From: the human T2T-CHM13v2.0 reference genome, Homo sapiens
Direction: 5' to 3' (one strand)
Length of the DNA stretch: 64,000 bases
Assembly: GCF_009914755.1 (NCBI RefSeq)
Contig: NC_060925.1
Under the pieces are notes generated by a model, which ran no database searches, was not told where the DNA came from, and saw only the letters and a program-made list of their open reading frames with translations. Every line of letters starts with the position of its first letter. Position 1 is the stretch's first letter. A program made the position numbers and the translations under genes. Positions 1 to 14,808 of this stretch are shown here, piece after piece.

Positions 1-122
1 GAGAGAGAGAGAGACAGAGAGACAGAGGGAAAACGACAGAAGTAGCGCGAGGTCCAGGGGGAAACCCAGAAGAGAGAGGCGGAGGGAGCTAGAGAGCGAG
101 AGCGATAGAGCCTTAGAGAGGA
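1..122 (+). repeat. Partial GA-rich low-complexity tract of the first, truncated unit
   Basis: gagagagagagagacagagagacagaggg...; same as the tract at ~2230-2350 of the next unit. Confidence 0.85.
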
Positions 123-951
123 AGCGCCCGGCTCCGTTAGGCAGCGCCCTCTTGAGCAGGCCGGGATAGGGTGGAGGGGGCTTGGGCTGCGCCCAGAACA
201 CGGGGGCCAGGCGGTCCGTGCGAGAGGACCAACGGAGCGCTGAGGCGGGCGTTTTCTTGGATGAATTGCTTGCTTTGGAGGTGGGTTTCGTAGGCTCCTG
301 CCTTTCTTGGCACCTCCCTGTGCTCTGGGTGCCTTGCGGCGGGCCCCGAGATTTGCAGAGCGCGCCCGCCCGTTTGGCGGGAGCCGTGGCACCGGGCGGG
401 CCCGGAGGCCTGGGTCTCTGGCGAGTCCTCGGGACTGGAGTCGTCGACACGAAGCGGGGGGCATTGGGAATCCCGGGTGCACAGGGCCTGCTTTCCCGGT
501 GGCTGGCGAAGCAATGTCCTTCCCCCGGGTAAAGCAGCCCATGCGTTCCGGAGCCGACGTCTTGGCTGGCGTCTGTGGCACCCGCTGCCCCTGCCCGCCC
601 CTTCCCCCGGTTTGGAAGGGTGCGACGACGGCGCCCGATGGGTGAATTGAATCTCCTGGGCGTTCCGGGAGCGGGAAGGCACCGCGAACGGCAGGGAACC
701 CAGCGGCTGCGCCTTTGGGGCCCGGCCCCCTGCCCTCCCAGGCTGGAGCCGGGCTCCTGGCGGGGCGGCGGCGAGGCGGAAGCGGTGGGATGCTGCTGCC
801 CGGCCGGCGTGCAGTAGGGGCGGACCCCCAGCAGGAGGACCCCGGCTGCGGCTGCAGCGGGGGTGTAGGTGGGCGGTAAAGGGGGAGCAGAGTCAGGGGA
901 GGTTGGGAAGCATGGCGATTGTGGGGGGAAGGGAGGCAGCGGGGAAGCCAC

Positions 952-965
952 AAAAGCCTACAGCA
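952..965 (+). repeat. Left copy of the 14-bp Alu target-site duplication (AAAAGCCTACAGCA); right copy 1285-1298; present in every unit
   Basis: Identical 14-mer directly before the Alu 5' end (966) and directly after its A-rich tail. Confidence 0.9.
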
Positions 966-1406
<441 letters not shown>

Positions 1407-1426
1407 GCTGAAGGAGGCGCCTGGCT

Positions 1427-1438
1427 GCCCCAAGAGCC
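1427..1438 (-). promoter_or_regulatory. Upstream D-box (GGCTCTTGGGGC, -32 to -21) of mammalian 5S genes; appears intact in the 28 complete copies
   Basis: + strand gccccaagagcc lies exactly 21-32 nt upstream of +1 (1406). Confidence 0.85.
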
Positions 1439-1984
1439 CAGCCCGGCCCGGCCGTGCCCGCCGGATTGCAGCCGACACCGCCAGCCCGGGGCCGCGGGGC
1501 TCGGATCGGGGCCCCCCGAGCCGCTGGCCCGCGGCCTTCCCCCGGCTCCCGCGCTCCCGAGCTTCCACCACATCGGGCCCGCTCGGAGCAGGGAGTGCTC
1601 CGAGGCGTCAGGGCCCAGGGCCCACGATCCTGGGACGCCCTCCGGTCCTCCGCCCTGTCGCGGAGGCAGCGTTTTGGATCCCTCGCCGCACAGGGGCTCC
1701 TGCGAGGCCCCCTCTTGCCCCACCCACCCAGAGCCGTCAGGGCTGGCCGAAGGCGAACAGCCGGCCCAGCCTCGCGGGGCCTTTCTCTCACAACGCCCCC
1801 ACCACGGTCGCTTGTCCCGACCAAGACCCGGCCGGGGGGGCAAGAGGGCGTGGGGTGTAGCGGGTCGGGGGGTGGCCCTGTTTTGCCCCGGGCTGGCACT
1901 AGAGGCGGCGGCCTGATCTCGGGTGAGAGGGCCTGAGAGAAACCCAGACACACCCCACCGCCACCAGGAGCAAATCCACTCCCC

Positions 1985-2090
1985 CACACACAGACACACC
2001 CGGGCGCGCTCGCACGCGCGCGCGCGGACACACCCACACACAGACACACACGCACACACGCACGTGCACACGCACGCACACACACACGCG
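1985..2090. repeat. Compound (CA)n/(CG)n microsatellite, length-polymorphic among units (unit 1 shown)
   Basis: cacacacagacacac..cgcacgcgcgcgcgcg..cacacacgcacacacgcacg..; (CG)6 at 2015-2026. Confidence 0.92.
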
Positions 2091-2095
2091 GCTTG

Positions 2096-2352
2096 AAGGA
2101 GAGCAAGGACGAGATGGATCGAGAGATAGAGACCGAGGGAGGGAGAGAGACAGCGATCGAGAGAGACAGGGGAGGGCGAGAGGGAAGGAGACAGACAGAG
2201 AGGCTGAGAAAGAGAGAGGCACAGAGAAAGAGAGAGAGAGAGACAGAGAGACAGAGGGAAAACGACAGAAGTAGCGCGAGGTCCAGGGGGAAACCCAGAA
2301 GAGAGAGGCGGAGGGAGCTAGAGAGCGAGAGCGATAGAGCCTTAGAGAGGAA
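2096..2352 (+). repeat. GA-rich polypurine low-complexity tract (unit 1 shown; repeated in each unit)
   Basis: gagagatagagaccgagggagggagagagacag...agagagagagagagacagagagacagaggg. Confidence 0.9.
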
Positions 2353-3195
2353 GCGCCCGGCTCCGTTAGGCAGCGCCCTCTTGAGCAGGCCGGGATAGGG
2401 TGGAGGGGGCTTGGGCTGCGCCCAGAACACGGGGGCCAGGCGGTCCGTGCGAGAGGACCAACGGAGCGCTGAGGCGGGCGTTTTCTTGGATGAATTGCTT
2501 GCTTTGGAGGTGGGTTTCGTAGGCTCCTGCCTTTCTTGGCACCTCCCTGTGCTCTGGGTGCCTTGCGGCGGGCCCCGAGATTTGCAGAGCGCGCCCGCCC
2601 GTTTGGCGGGAGCCGTGGCACCGGGCGGGCCCGGAGGCCTGGGTCTCTGGCGAGTCCTCGGGACTGGAGTCGTCGACACGAAGCGGGGGGCATTGGGAAT
2701 CCCGGGTGCACAGGGCCTGCTTTCCCGGTGGCTGGCGAAGCAATGTCCTTCCCCCGGGTAAAGCAGCCCATGCGTTCCGGAGCCGACGTCTTGGCTGGCG
2801 TCTGTGGCACCCGCTGCCCCTGCCCACCCCTTCCCCCGGTTTGGAAGGGTGCGACGACGGCGCCCGATGGGTGAATTGAATCGCCTGGGCGTTCCGGGAG
2901 CGGGAAGGCACCGCGAACGGCAGGGAACCCAGCGGCTGCGCCTTTGGGGCCCGGCCCCCTGCCCTCCCAGGCTGGAGCCGGGCTCCTGGCGGGGCGGCGG
3001 CGAGGCGGAAGCGGTGGGATGCTGCTGCCCGGCCGGCGTGCAGTAGGGGCGGACCCCCAGCAGGAGGACCCCGGCTGCGGGCTGCGGCGGGGGTGTAGGT
3101 GGGCGGTAAAGGGGGAGCAGAGTCAGGGGAGGTTGGGAAGCATGGCGATTGTGGGGGGAAGGGAGGCAGCGGGGAAGCCACAAAAGCCTACAGCA

Positions 3196-3636
<441 letters not shown>

Positions 3637-5425
3637 GCTGAAGGAGGCGCCTGGCTGCCCCAAGAGCCCAGCCCGGCCCGGCCGTGCCCGCCGGATTGCA
3701 GCCGACACCGCCAGCCCGGGGCCGCGGGGCTCGGATCGGGGACCCCCGAGCCGCTGGCCCGCGGCCTTCCCCCGGCTCCCGCGCTCCCGAGCTTCCACCA
3801 CATCGGGCCCGCTCGGAGCAGGGAGTGCTCCGAGGCGTCAGGGCCCAGGGCCCACGATCCTGGGACGCCCTCCGGTCCTCCGCCCTGTCGCGGAGGCAGC
3901 GTTTTGGATCCCTCGCCGCACAGGGGCTCCTGCGAGGCCCCCTCTTGCCCCACCCACCCAGAGCCGTCAGGGCTGGCCGAAGGCGAACAGCCGGCCCAGC
4001 CTCGCGGGGCCTTTCTCTCACAACGCCCCCACCACGGTCGCTTGTCCCGACCAAGACCCGGCCGGGGGGGCAAGAGGGCGTGGGGTGTAGCGGGTCGGGG
4101 GGTGGCCCTGTTTTGCCCCGGGCTGGCACTAGAGGCGGCGGCCTGATCTCGGGTGAGAGGGCCTGAGAGAAACCCAGACACACCCCACCGCCACCAGGAG
4201 CAAATCCACTCCCCCACACACAGACACACCCGGGCGCGCTCGCACGCGCGCGCGCGGACACACCCACACACAGACACACACGCACACACGCACGCGCACA
4301 CGCACGCACACACACACGCGGCTTGAAGGAGAGCAAGGACGAGATGGATCGAGAGATAGAGACCGAGGGAGGGAGAGAGACAGCGATCGAGAGAGACAGG
4401 GGAGGGCGAGAGGGAAGGAGACAGACAGAGAGGCTGAGAAAGAGAGAGGCACAGAGAAAGAGAGAGAGAGAGACAGAGAGACAGAGGGAAAACGACAGAA
4501 GTAGCGCGAGGTCCAGGGGGAAACCCAGAAGAGAGAGGCGGAGGGAGCTAGAGAGCGAGAGCGATAGAGCCTTAGAGAGGAAGCGCCCGGCTCCGTTAGG
4601 CAGCGCCCTCTTGAGCAGGCCGGGATAGGGTGGAGGGGGCTTGGGCTGCGCCCAGAACACGGGGGCCAGGCGGTCCGTGCGAGAGGACCAACGGAGCGCT
4701 GAGGCGGGCGTTTTCTTGGATGAATTGCTTGCTTTGGAGGTGGGTTTCGTAGGCTCCTGCCTTTCTTGGCACCTCCCTGTGCTCTGGGTGCCTTGCGGCG
4801 GGCCCCGAGATTTGCAGAGCGCGCCCGCCCGTTTGGCGGGAGCCGTGGCACCGGGCGGGCCCGGAGGCCTGGGTCTCTGGCGAGTCCTCGGGACTGGAGT
4901 CGTCGACACGAAGCGGGGGGCATTGGGAATCCCGGGTGCACAGGGCCTGCTTTCCCGGTGGCTGGCGAAGCAATGTCCTTCCCCCGGGTAAAGCAGCCCA
5001 TGCGTTCCGGAGCCGACGTCTTGGCTGGCGTCTGTGGCACCCGCTGCCCCTGCCCGCCCCTTCCCCCGGTTTGGAAGGGTGCGACGACGGCGCCCGATGG
5101 GTGAATTGAATCGCCTGGGCGTTCCGGGAGCGGGAAGGCACCGCGAACGGCAGGGAACCCAGCGGCTGCGCCTTTGGGGCCCGGGCCCCTGCCCTCCCAG
5201 GCTGGAGCCGGGCTCCTGGCGGGGCGGCGGCGAGGCGGAAGCGGTGGGATGCTGCTGCCCGGCCGGCGTGCAGTAGGGGCGGACCCCCAGCAGGAGGACC
5301 CCGGCTGCGGGCTGCGGCGGGGGTGTAGGTGGGCGGTAAAGGGGGAGCAGAGTCAGGGGAGGTTGGGAAGCATGGCGATTGTGGGGGGAAGGGAGGCAGC
5401 GGGGAAGCCACAAAAGCCTACAGCA

Positions 5426-5866
<441 letters not shown>

Positions 5867-7665
5867 GCTGAAGGAGGCGCCTGGCTGCCCCAAGAGCCCA
5901 GCCCGGCCCGGCCGTGCCCGCCGGATTGCAGCCGACACCGCCAGCCCGGGGCCGCGGGGCTCGGATCGGGGACCCCCGAGCCGCTGGCCCGCGGCCTTCC
6001 CCCGGCTCCCGCGCTCCCGAGCTTCCACCACATCGGGCCCGCTCGGAGCAGGGAGTGCTCCGAGGCGTCAGGGCCCAGGGCCCACGATCCTGGGACGCCC
6101 TCCGGTCCTCCGCCCTGTCGCGGAGGCAGCGTTTTGGATCCCTCGCCGCACAGGGGCTCCTGCGAGGCCCCCTCTTGCCCCACCCACCCAGAGCCGTCAG
6201 GGCTGGCCGAAGGCGAACAGCCGGCCCAGCCTCGCGGGGCCTTTCTCTCACAACGCCCCCACCACGGTCGCTTGTCCCGACCAAGACCCGGCCGGGGGGG
6301 CAAGAGGGCGTGGGGTGTAGCGGGTCGGGGGGTGGCCCTGTTTTGCCCCGGGCTGGCACTAGAGGCGGCGGCCTGATCTCGGGTGAGAGGGCCTGAGAGA
6401 AACCCAGACACACCCCACCGCCACCAGGAGCAAATCCACTCCCCCACACACAGACACACCCGGGCGCGCTCGCACGCGCGCGCGCGGACACACACACACA
6501 CACCCACACACAGACACACACGCACACACGCACGCGCACACGCACGCACACACACACGCGGCTTGAAGGAGAGCAAGGACGAGATGGATCGAGAGATAGA
6601 GACCGAGGGAGGGAGAGAGACAGCGATCGAGAGAGACAGGGGAGGGCGAGAGGGAAGGAGACAGACAGAGAGGCTGAGAAAGAGAGAGGCACAGAGAAAG
6701 AGAGAGAGAGAGACAGAGAGACAGAGGGAAAACGACAGAAGTAGCGCGAGGTCCAGGGGGAAACCCAGAAGAGAGAGGCGGAGGGAGCTAGAGAGCGAGA
6801 GCGATAGAGCCTTAGAGAGGAAGCGCCCGGCTCCGTTAGGCAGCGCCCTCTTGAGCAGGCCGGGATAGGGTGGAGGGGGCTTGGGCTGCGCCCAGAACAC
6901 GGGGGCCAGGCGGTCCGTGCGAGAGGACCAACGGAGCGCTGAGGCGGGCGTTTTCTTGGATGAATTGCTTGCTTTGGAGGTGGGTTTCGTAGGCTCCTGC
7001 CTTTCTTGGCACCTCCCTGTGCTCTGGGTGCCTTGCGGCGGGCCCCGAGATTTGCAGAGCGCGCCCGCCCGTTTGGCGGGAGCCGTGGCACCGGGCGGGC
7101 CCGGAGGCCTGGGTCTCTGGCGAGTCCTCGGGACTGGAGTCGTCGACACGAAGCGGGGGGCATTGGGAATCCCGGGTGCACAGGGCCTGCTTTCCCGGTG
7201 GCTGGCGAAGCAATGTCCTTCCCCCGGGTAAAGCAGCCCATGCGTTCCGGAGCCGACGTCTTGGCTGGCGTCTGTGGCACCCGCTGCCCCTGCCCGCCCC
7301 TTCCCCCGGTTTGGAAGGGTGCGACGACGGCGCCCGATGGGTGAATTGAATCGCCTGGGCGTTCCGGGAGCGGGAAGGCACCGCGAACGGCAGGGAACCC
7401 AGCGGCTGCGCCTTTGGGGCCCGGGCCCCTGCCCTCCCAGGCTGGAGCCGGGCTCCTGGCGGGGCGGCGGCGAGGCGGAAGCGGTGGGATGCTGCTGCCC
7501 GGCCGGCGTGCAGTAGGGGCGGACCCCCAGCAGGAGGACCCCGGCTGCGGGCTGCGGCGGGGGTGTAGGTGGGCGGTAAAGGGGGAGCAGAGTCAGGGGA
7601 GGTTGGGAAGCATGGCGATTGTGGGGGGAAGGGAGGCAGCGGGGAAGCCACAAAAGCCTACAGCA

Positions 7666-8106
<441 letters not shown>

Positions 8107-9897
8107 GCTGAAGGAGGCGCCTGGCTGCCCCAAGAGCCCAGCCCGGCCCGGCCGTGCCCGCCGGATTGCAGCCGACACCGCCAGCCCGGGGCCGCGGGGC
8201 TCGGATCGGGGACCCCCGAGCCGCTGGCCCGCGGCCTTCCCCCGGCTCCCGCGCTCCCGAGCTTCCACCACATCGGGCCCGCTCGGAGCAGGGAGTGCTC
8301 CGAGGCGTCAGGGCCCAGGGCCCACGATCCTGGGACGCCCTCCGGTCCTCCGCCCTGTCGCGGAGGCAGCGTTTTGGATCCCTCGCCGCACAGGGGCTCC
8401 TGCGAGGCCCCCTCTTGCCCCACCCACCCAGAGCCGTCAGGGCTGGCCGAAGGCGAACAGCCGGCCCAGCCTCGCGGGGCCTTTCTCTCACAACGCCCCC
8501 ACCACGGTCGCTTGTCCCGACCAAGACCCGGCCGGGGGGGCAAGAGGGCGTGGGGTGTAGCGGGTCGGGGGGTGGCCCTGTTTTGCCCCGGGCTGGCACT
8601 AGAGGCGGCGGCCTGATCTCGGGTGAGAGGGCCTGAGAGAAACCCAGACACACCCCACCGCCACCAGGAGCAAATCCACTCCCCCACACACAGACACACC
8701 CGGGCGCGCTCGCACGCGCGCGCGCGGACACACACACACACACAGACACACACGCACACACGCACGCGCACACGCACGCACACACACACGCGGCTTGAAG
8801 GAGAGCAAGGACGAGATGGATCGAGAGATAGAGACCGAGGGAGGGAGAGAGACAGCGATCGAGAGAGACAGGGGAGGGCGAGAGGGAAGGAGACAGACAG
8901 AGAGGCTGAGAAAGAGAGAGGCACAGAGAAAGAGAGAGAGAGAGACAGAGAGACAGAGGGAAAACGACAGAAGTAGCGCGAGGTCCAGGGGGAAACCCAG
9001 AAGAGAGAGGCGGAGGGAGCTAGAGAGCGAGAGCGATAGAGCCTTAGAGAGGAAGCGCCCGGCTCCGTTAGGCAGCGCCCTCTTGAGCAGGCCGGGATAG
9101 GGTGGAGGGGGCTTGGGCTGCGCCCAGAACACGGGGGCCAGGCGGTCCGTGCGAGAGGACCAACGGAGCGCTGAGGCGGGCGTTTTCTTGGATGAATTGC
9201 TTGCTTTGGAGGTGGGTTTCGTAGGCTCCTGCCTTTCTTGGCACCTCCCTGTGCTCTGGGTGCCTTGTGGCGGGCCCCGAGATTTGCAGAGCGCGCCCGC
9301 CCGTTTGGCGGGAGCCGTGGCACCGGGCGGGCCCGGAGGCCTGGGTCTCTGGCGAGTCCTCGGGACTGGAGTCGTCGACACGAAGCGGGGGGCATTGGGA
9401 ATCCCGGGTGCACAGGGCCTGCTTTCCCGGTGGCTGGCGAAGCAATGTCCTTCCCCCGGGTAAAGCAGCCCATGCGTTCCGGAGCCGACGTCTTGGCTGG
9501 CGTCTGTGGCACCCGCTGCCCCTGCCCGCCCCTTCCCCCGGTTTGGAAGGGTGCGACGACGGCGCCCGATGGGTGAATTGAATCGCCTGGGCGTTCCGGG
9601 AGCGGGAAGGCACCGCGAACGGCAGGGAACCCAGCGGCTGCGCCTTTGGGGCCCGGGCCCCTGCCCTCCCAGGCTGGAGCCGGGCTCCTGGCGGGGCGGC
9701 GGCGAGGCGGAAGCGGTGGGATGCTGCTGCCCAGCCGGCGTGCAGTAGGGGCGGACCCCCAGCAGGAGGACCCCGGCTGCGGGCTGCGGCGGGGGTGTAG
9801 GTGGGCGGTAAAGGGGGAGCAGAGTCAGGGGAGGTTGGGAAGCATGGCGATTGTGGGGGGAAGGGAGGCAGCGGGGAAGCCACAAAAGCCTACAGCA

Positions 9898-10338
<441 letters not shown>

Positions 10339-12127
10339 GCTGAAGGAGGCGCCTGGCTGCCCCAAGAGCCCAGCCCGGCCCGGCCGTGCCCGCCGGATTG
10401 CAGCCGACACCGCCAGCCCGGGGCCGCGGGGCTCGGATCGGGGACCCCCGAGCCGCTGGCCCGCGGCCTTCCCCCGGCTCCTGCGCTCCCGAGCTTCCAC
10501 CACATCGGGCCCGCTCGGAGCAGGGAGTGCTCCGAGGCGTCAGGGCCCAGGGCCCACGATCCTGGGACGCCCTCCGGTCCTCCGCCCTGTCGCGGAGGCA
10601 GCGTTTTGGATCCCTCGCCGCACAGGGGCTCCTGCGAGGCCCCCTCTTGCCCCACCCACCCAGAGCCGTCAGGGCTGGCCGAAGGCGAACAGCCGGCCCA
10701 GCCTCGCGGGGCCTTTCTCTCACAACGCCCCCACCACGGTCGCTTGTCCCGACCAAGACCCGGCCGGGGGGGCAAGAGGGCGTGGGGTGTAGCGGGTCGG
10801 GGGGTGGCCCTGTTTTGCCCCGGGCTGGCACTAGAGGCGGCGGCCTGATCTCGGGTGAGAGGGCCTGAGAGAAACCCAGACACACCCCACCGCCACCAGG
10901 AGCAAATCCACTCCCCCACACACAGACACACCCGGGCGCGCTCGCACGCGCGCGCGCGGACACACCCACACACAGACACACACGCACACACGCACGCGCA
11001 CACGCACGCACACACACACGCGGCTTGAAGGAGAGCAAGGACGAGATGGATCGAGAGATAGAGACCGAGGGAGGGAGAGAGACAGCGATCGAGAGAGACA
11101 GGGGAGGGCGAGAGGGAAGGAGACAGACAGAGAGGCTGAGAAAGAGAGAGGCACAGAGAAAGAGAGAGAGAGAGACAGAGAGACAGAGGGAAAACGACAG
11201 AAGTAGCGCGAGGTCCAGGGGGAAACCCAGAAGAGAGAGGCGGAGGGAGCTAGAGAGCGAGAGCGATAGAGCCTTAGAGAGGAAGCGCCCGGCTCCGTTA
11301 GGCAGCGCCCTCTTGAGCAGGCCGGGATAGGGTGGAGGGGGCTTGGGCTGCGCCCAGAACACGGGGGCCAGGCGGTCCGTGCGAGAGGACCAACGGAGCG
11401 CTGAGGCGGGCGTTTTCTTGGATGAATTGCTTGCTTTGGAGGTGGGTTTCGTAGGCTCCTGCCTTTCTTGGCACCTCCCTGTGCTCTGGGTGCCTTGCGG
11501 CGGGCCCCGAGATTTGCAGAGCGCGCCCGCCCGTTTGGCGGGAGCCGTGGCACCGGGCGGGCCCGGAGGCCTGGGTCTCTGGCGAGTCCTCGGGACTGGA
11601 GTCGTCGACACGAAGCGGGGGGCATTGGGAATCCCGGGTGCACAGGGCCTGCTTTCCCGGTGGCTGGCGAAGCAATGTCCTTCCCCCGGGTAAAGCAGCC
11701 CATGCGTTCCGGAGCCGACGTCTTGGCTGGCGTCTGTGGCACCCGCTGCCCCTGCCCGCCCCTTCCCCCGGTTTGGAAGGGTGCGACGACGGCGCCCGAT
11801 GGGTGAATTGAATCGCCTGGGCGTTCCGGGAGCGGGAAGGCACCGCGAACGGCAGGGAACCCAGCGGCTGCGCCTTTGGGGCCCGGGCCCCTGCCCTCCC
11901 AGGCTGGAGCCGGGCTCCTGGCGGGGCGGCGGCGAGGCGGAAGCGGTGGGATGCTGCTGCCCGGCCGGCGTGCAGTAGGGGCGGACCCCCAGCAGGAGGA
12001 CCCCGGCTGCGGGCTGCGGCGGGGGTGTAGGTGGGCGGTAAAGGGGGAGCAGAGTCAGGGGAGGTTGGGAAGCATGGCGATTGTGGGGGGAAGGGAGGCA
12101 GCGGGGAAGCCACAAAAGCCTACAGCA

Positions 12128-12568
<441 letters not shown>

Positions 12569-14367
12569 GCTGAAGGAGGCGCCTGGCTGCCCCAAGAGCC
12601 CAGCCCGGCCCGGCCGTGCCCGCCGGATTGCAGCCGACACCGCCAGCCCGGGGCCGCGGGGCTCGGATCGGGGACCCCCGAGCCGCTGGCCCGCGGCCTT
12701 CCCCCGGCTCCCGCGCTCCCGAGCTTCCACCACATCGGGCCCGCTCGGAGCAGGGAGTGCTCCGAGGCGTCAGGGCCCAGGGCCCACGATCCTGGGACGC
12801 CCTCCGGTCCTCCGCCCTGTCGCGGAGGCAGCGTTTTGGATCCCTCGCCGCACAGGGGCTCCTGCGAGGCCCCCTCTTGCCCCACCCACCCAGAGCCGTC
12901 AGGGCTGGCCGAAGGCGAACAGCCGGCCCAGCCTCGCGGGGCCTTTCTCTCACAACGCCCCCACCACGGTCGCTTGTCCCGACCAAGACCCGGCCGGGGG
13001 GGCAAGAGGGCGTGGGGTGTAGCGGGTCGGGGGGTGGCCCTGTTTTGCCCCGGGCTGGCACTAGAGGCGGCGGCCTGATCTCGGGTGAGAGGGCCTGAGA
13101 GAAACCCAGACACACCCCACCGCCACCAGGAGCAAATCCACTCCCCCACACACAGACACACCCGGGCGCGCTCGCACGCGCGCGCGCGGACACACACACA
13201 CACACCCACACACAGACACACACGCACACACGCACGCGCACACGCACGCACACACACACGCGGCTTGAAGGAGAGCAAGGACGAGATGGATCGAGAGATA
13301 GAGACCGAGGGAGGGAGAGAGACAGCGATCGAGAGAGACAGGGGAGGGCGAGAGGGAAGGAGACAGACAGAGAGGCTGAGAAAGAGAGAGGCACAGAGAA
13401 AGAGAGAGAGAGAGACAGAGAGACAGAGGGAAAACGACAGAAGTAGCGCGAGGTCCAGGGGGAAACCCAGAAGAGAGAGGCGGAGGGAGCTAGAGAGCGA
13501 GAGCGATAGAGCCTTAGAGAGGAAGCGCCCGGCTCCGTTAGGCAGCGCCCTCTTGAGCAGGCCGGGATAGGGTGGAGGGGGCTTGGGCTGCGCCCAGAAC
13601 ACGGGGGCCAGGCGGTCCGTGCGAGAGGACCAACGGAGCGCTGAGGCGGGCGTTTTCTTGGATGAATTGCTTGCTTTGGAGGTGGGTTTCGTAGGCTCCT
13701 GCCTTTCTTGGCACCTCCCTGTGCTCTGGGTGCCTTGCGGCGGGCCCCGAGATTTGCAGAGCGCGCCCGCCCGTTTGGCGGGAGCCGTGGCACCGGGCGG
13801 GCCCGGAGGCCTGGGTCTCTGGCGAGTCCTCGGGACTGGAGTCGTCGACACGAAGCGGGGGGCATTGGGAATCCCGGGTGCACAGGGCCTGCTTTCCCGG
13901 TGGCTGGCGAAGCAATGTCCTTCCCCCGGGTAAAGCAGCCCATGCGTTCCGGAGCCGACGTCTTGGCTGGCGTCTGTGGCACCCGCTGCCCCTGCCCGCC
14001 CCTTCCCCCGGTTTGGAAGGGTGCGACGACGGCGCCCGATGGGTGAATTGAATCGCCTGGGCGTTCCGGGAGCGGGAAGGCACCGCGAACGGCAGGGAAC
14101 CCAGCGGCTGCGCCTTTGGGGCCCGGGCCCCTGCCCTCCCAGGCTGGAGCCGGGCTCCTGGCGGGGCGGCGGCGAGGCGGAAGCGGTGGGATGCTGCTGC
14201 CCGGCCGGCGTGCAGTAGGGGCGGACCCCCAGCAGGAGGACCCCGGCTGCGGGCTGCGGCGGGGGTGTAGGTGGGCGGTAAAGGGGGAGCAGAGTCAGGG
14301 GAGGTTGGGAAGCATGGCGATTGTGGGGGGAAGGGAGGCAGCGGGGAAGCCACAAAAGCCTACAGCA

Positions 14368-14808
<441 letters not shown>

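Noticed and set aside
952-965. Separate truncated 5S pseudogene upstream of the Alu
   Set aside because: Similarity is limited to 14 nt ending exactly at the Alu boundary and is better explained as the target-site duplication.
2093-2398. 101-aa R/E-rich ORF conserved in all units
   Set aside because: Translation of the GA-rich tract from a TTG start; conservation reflects array homogenisation.
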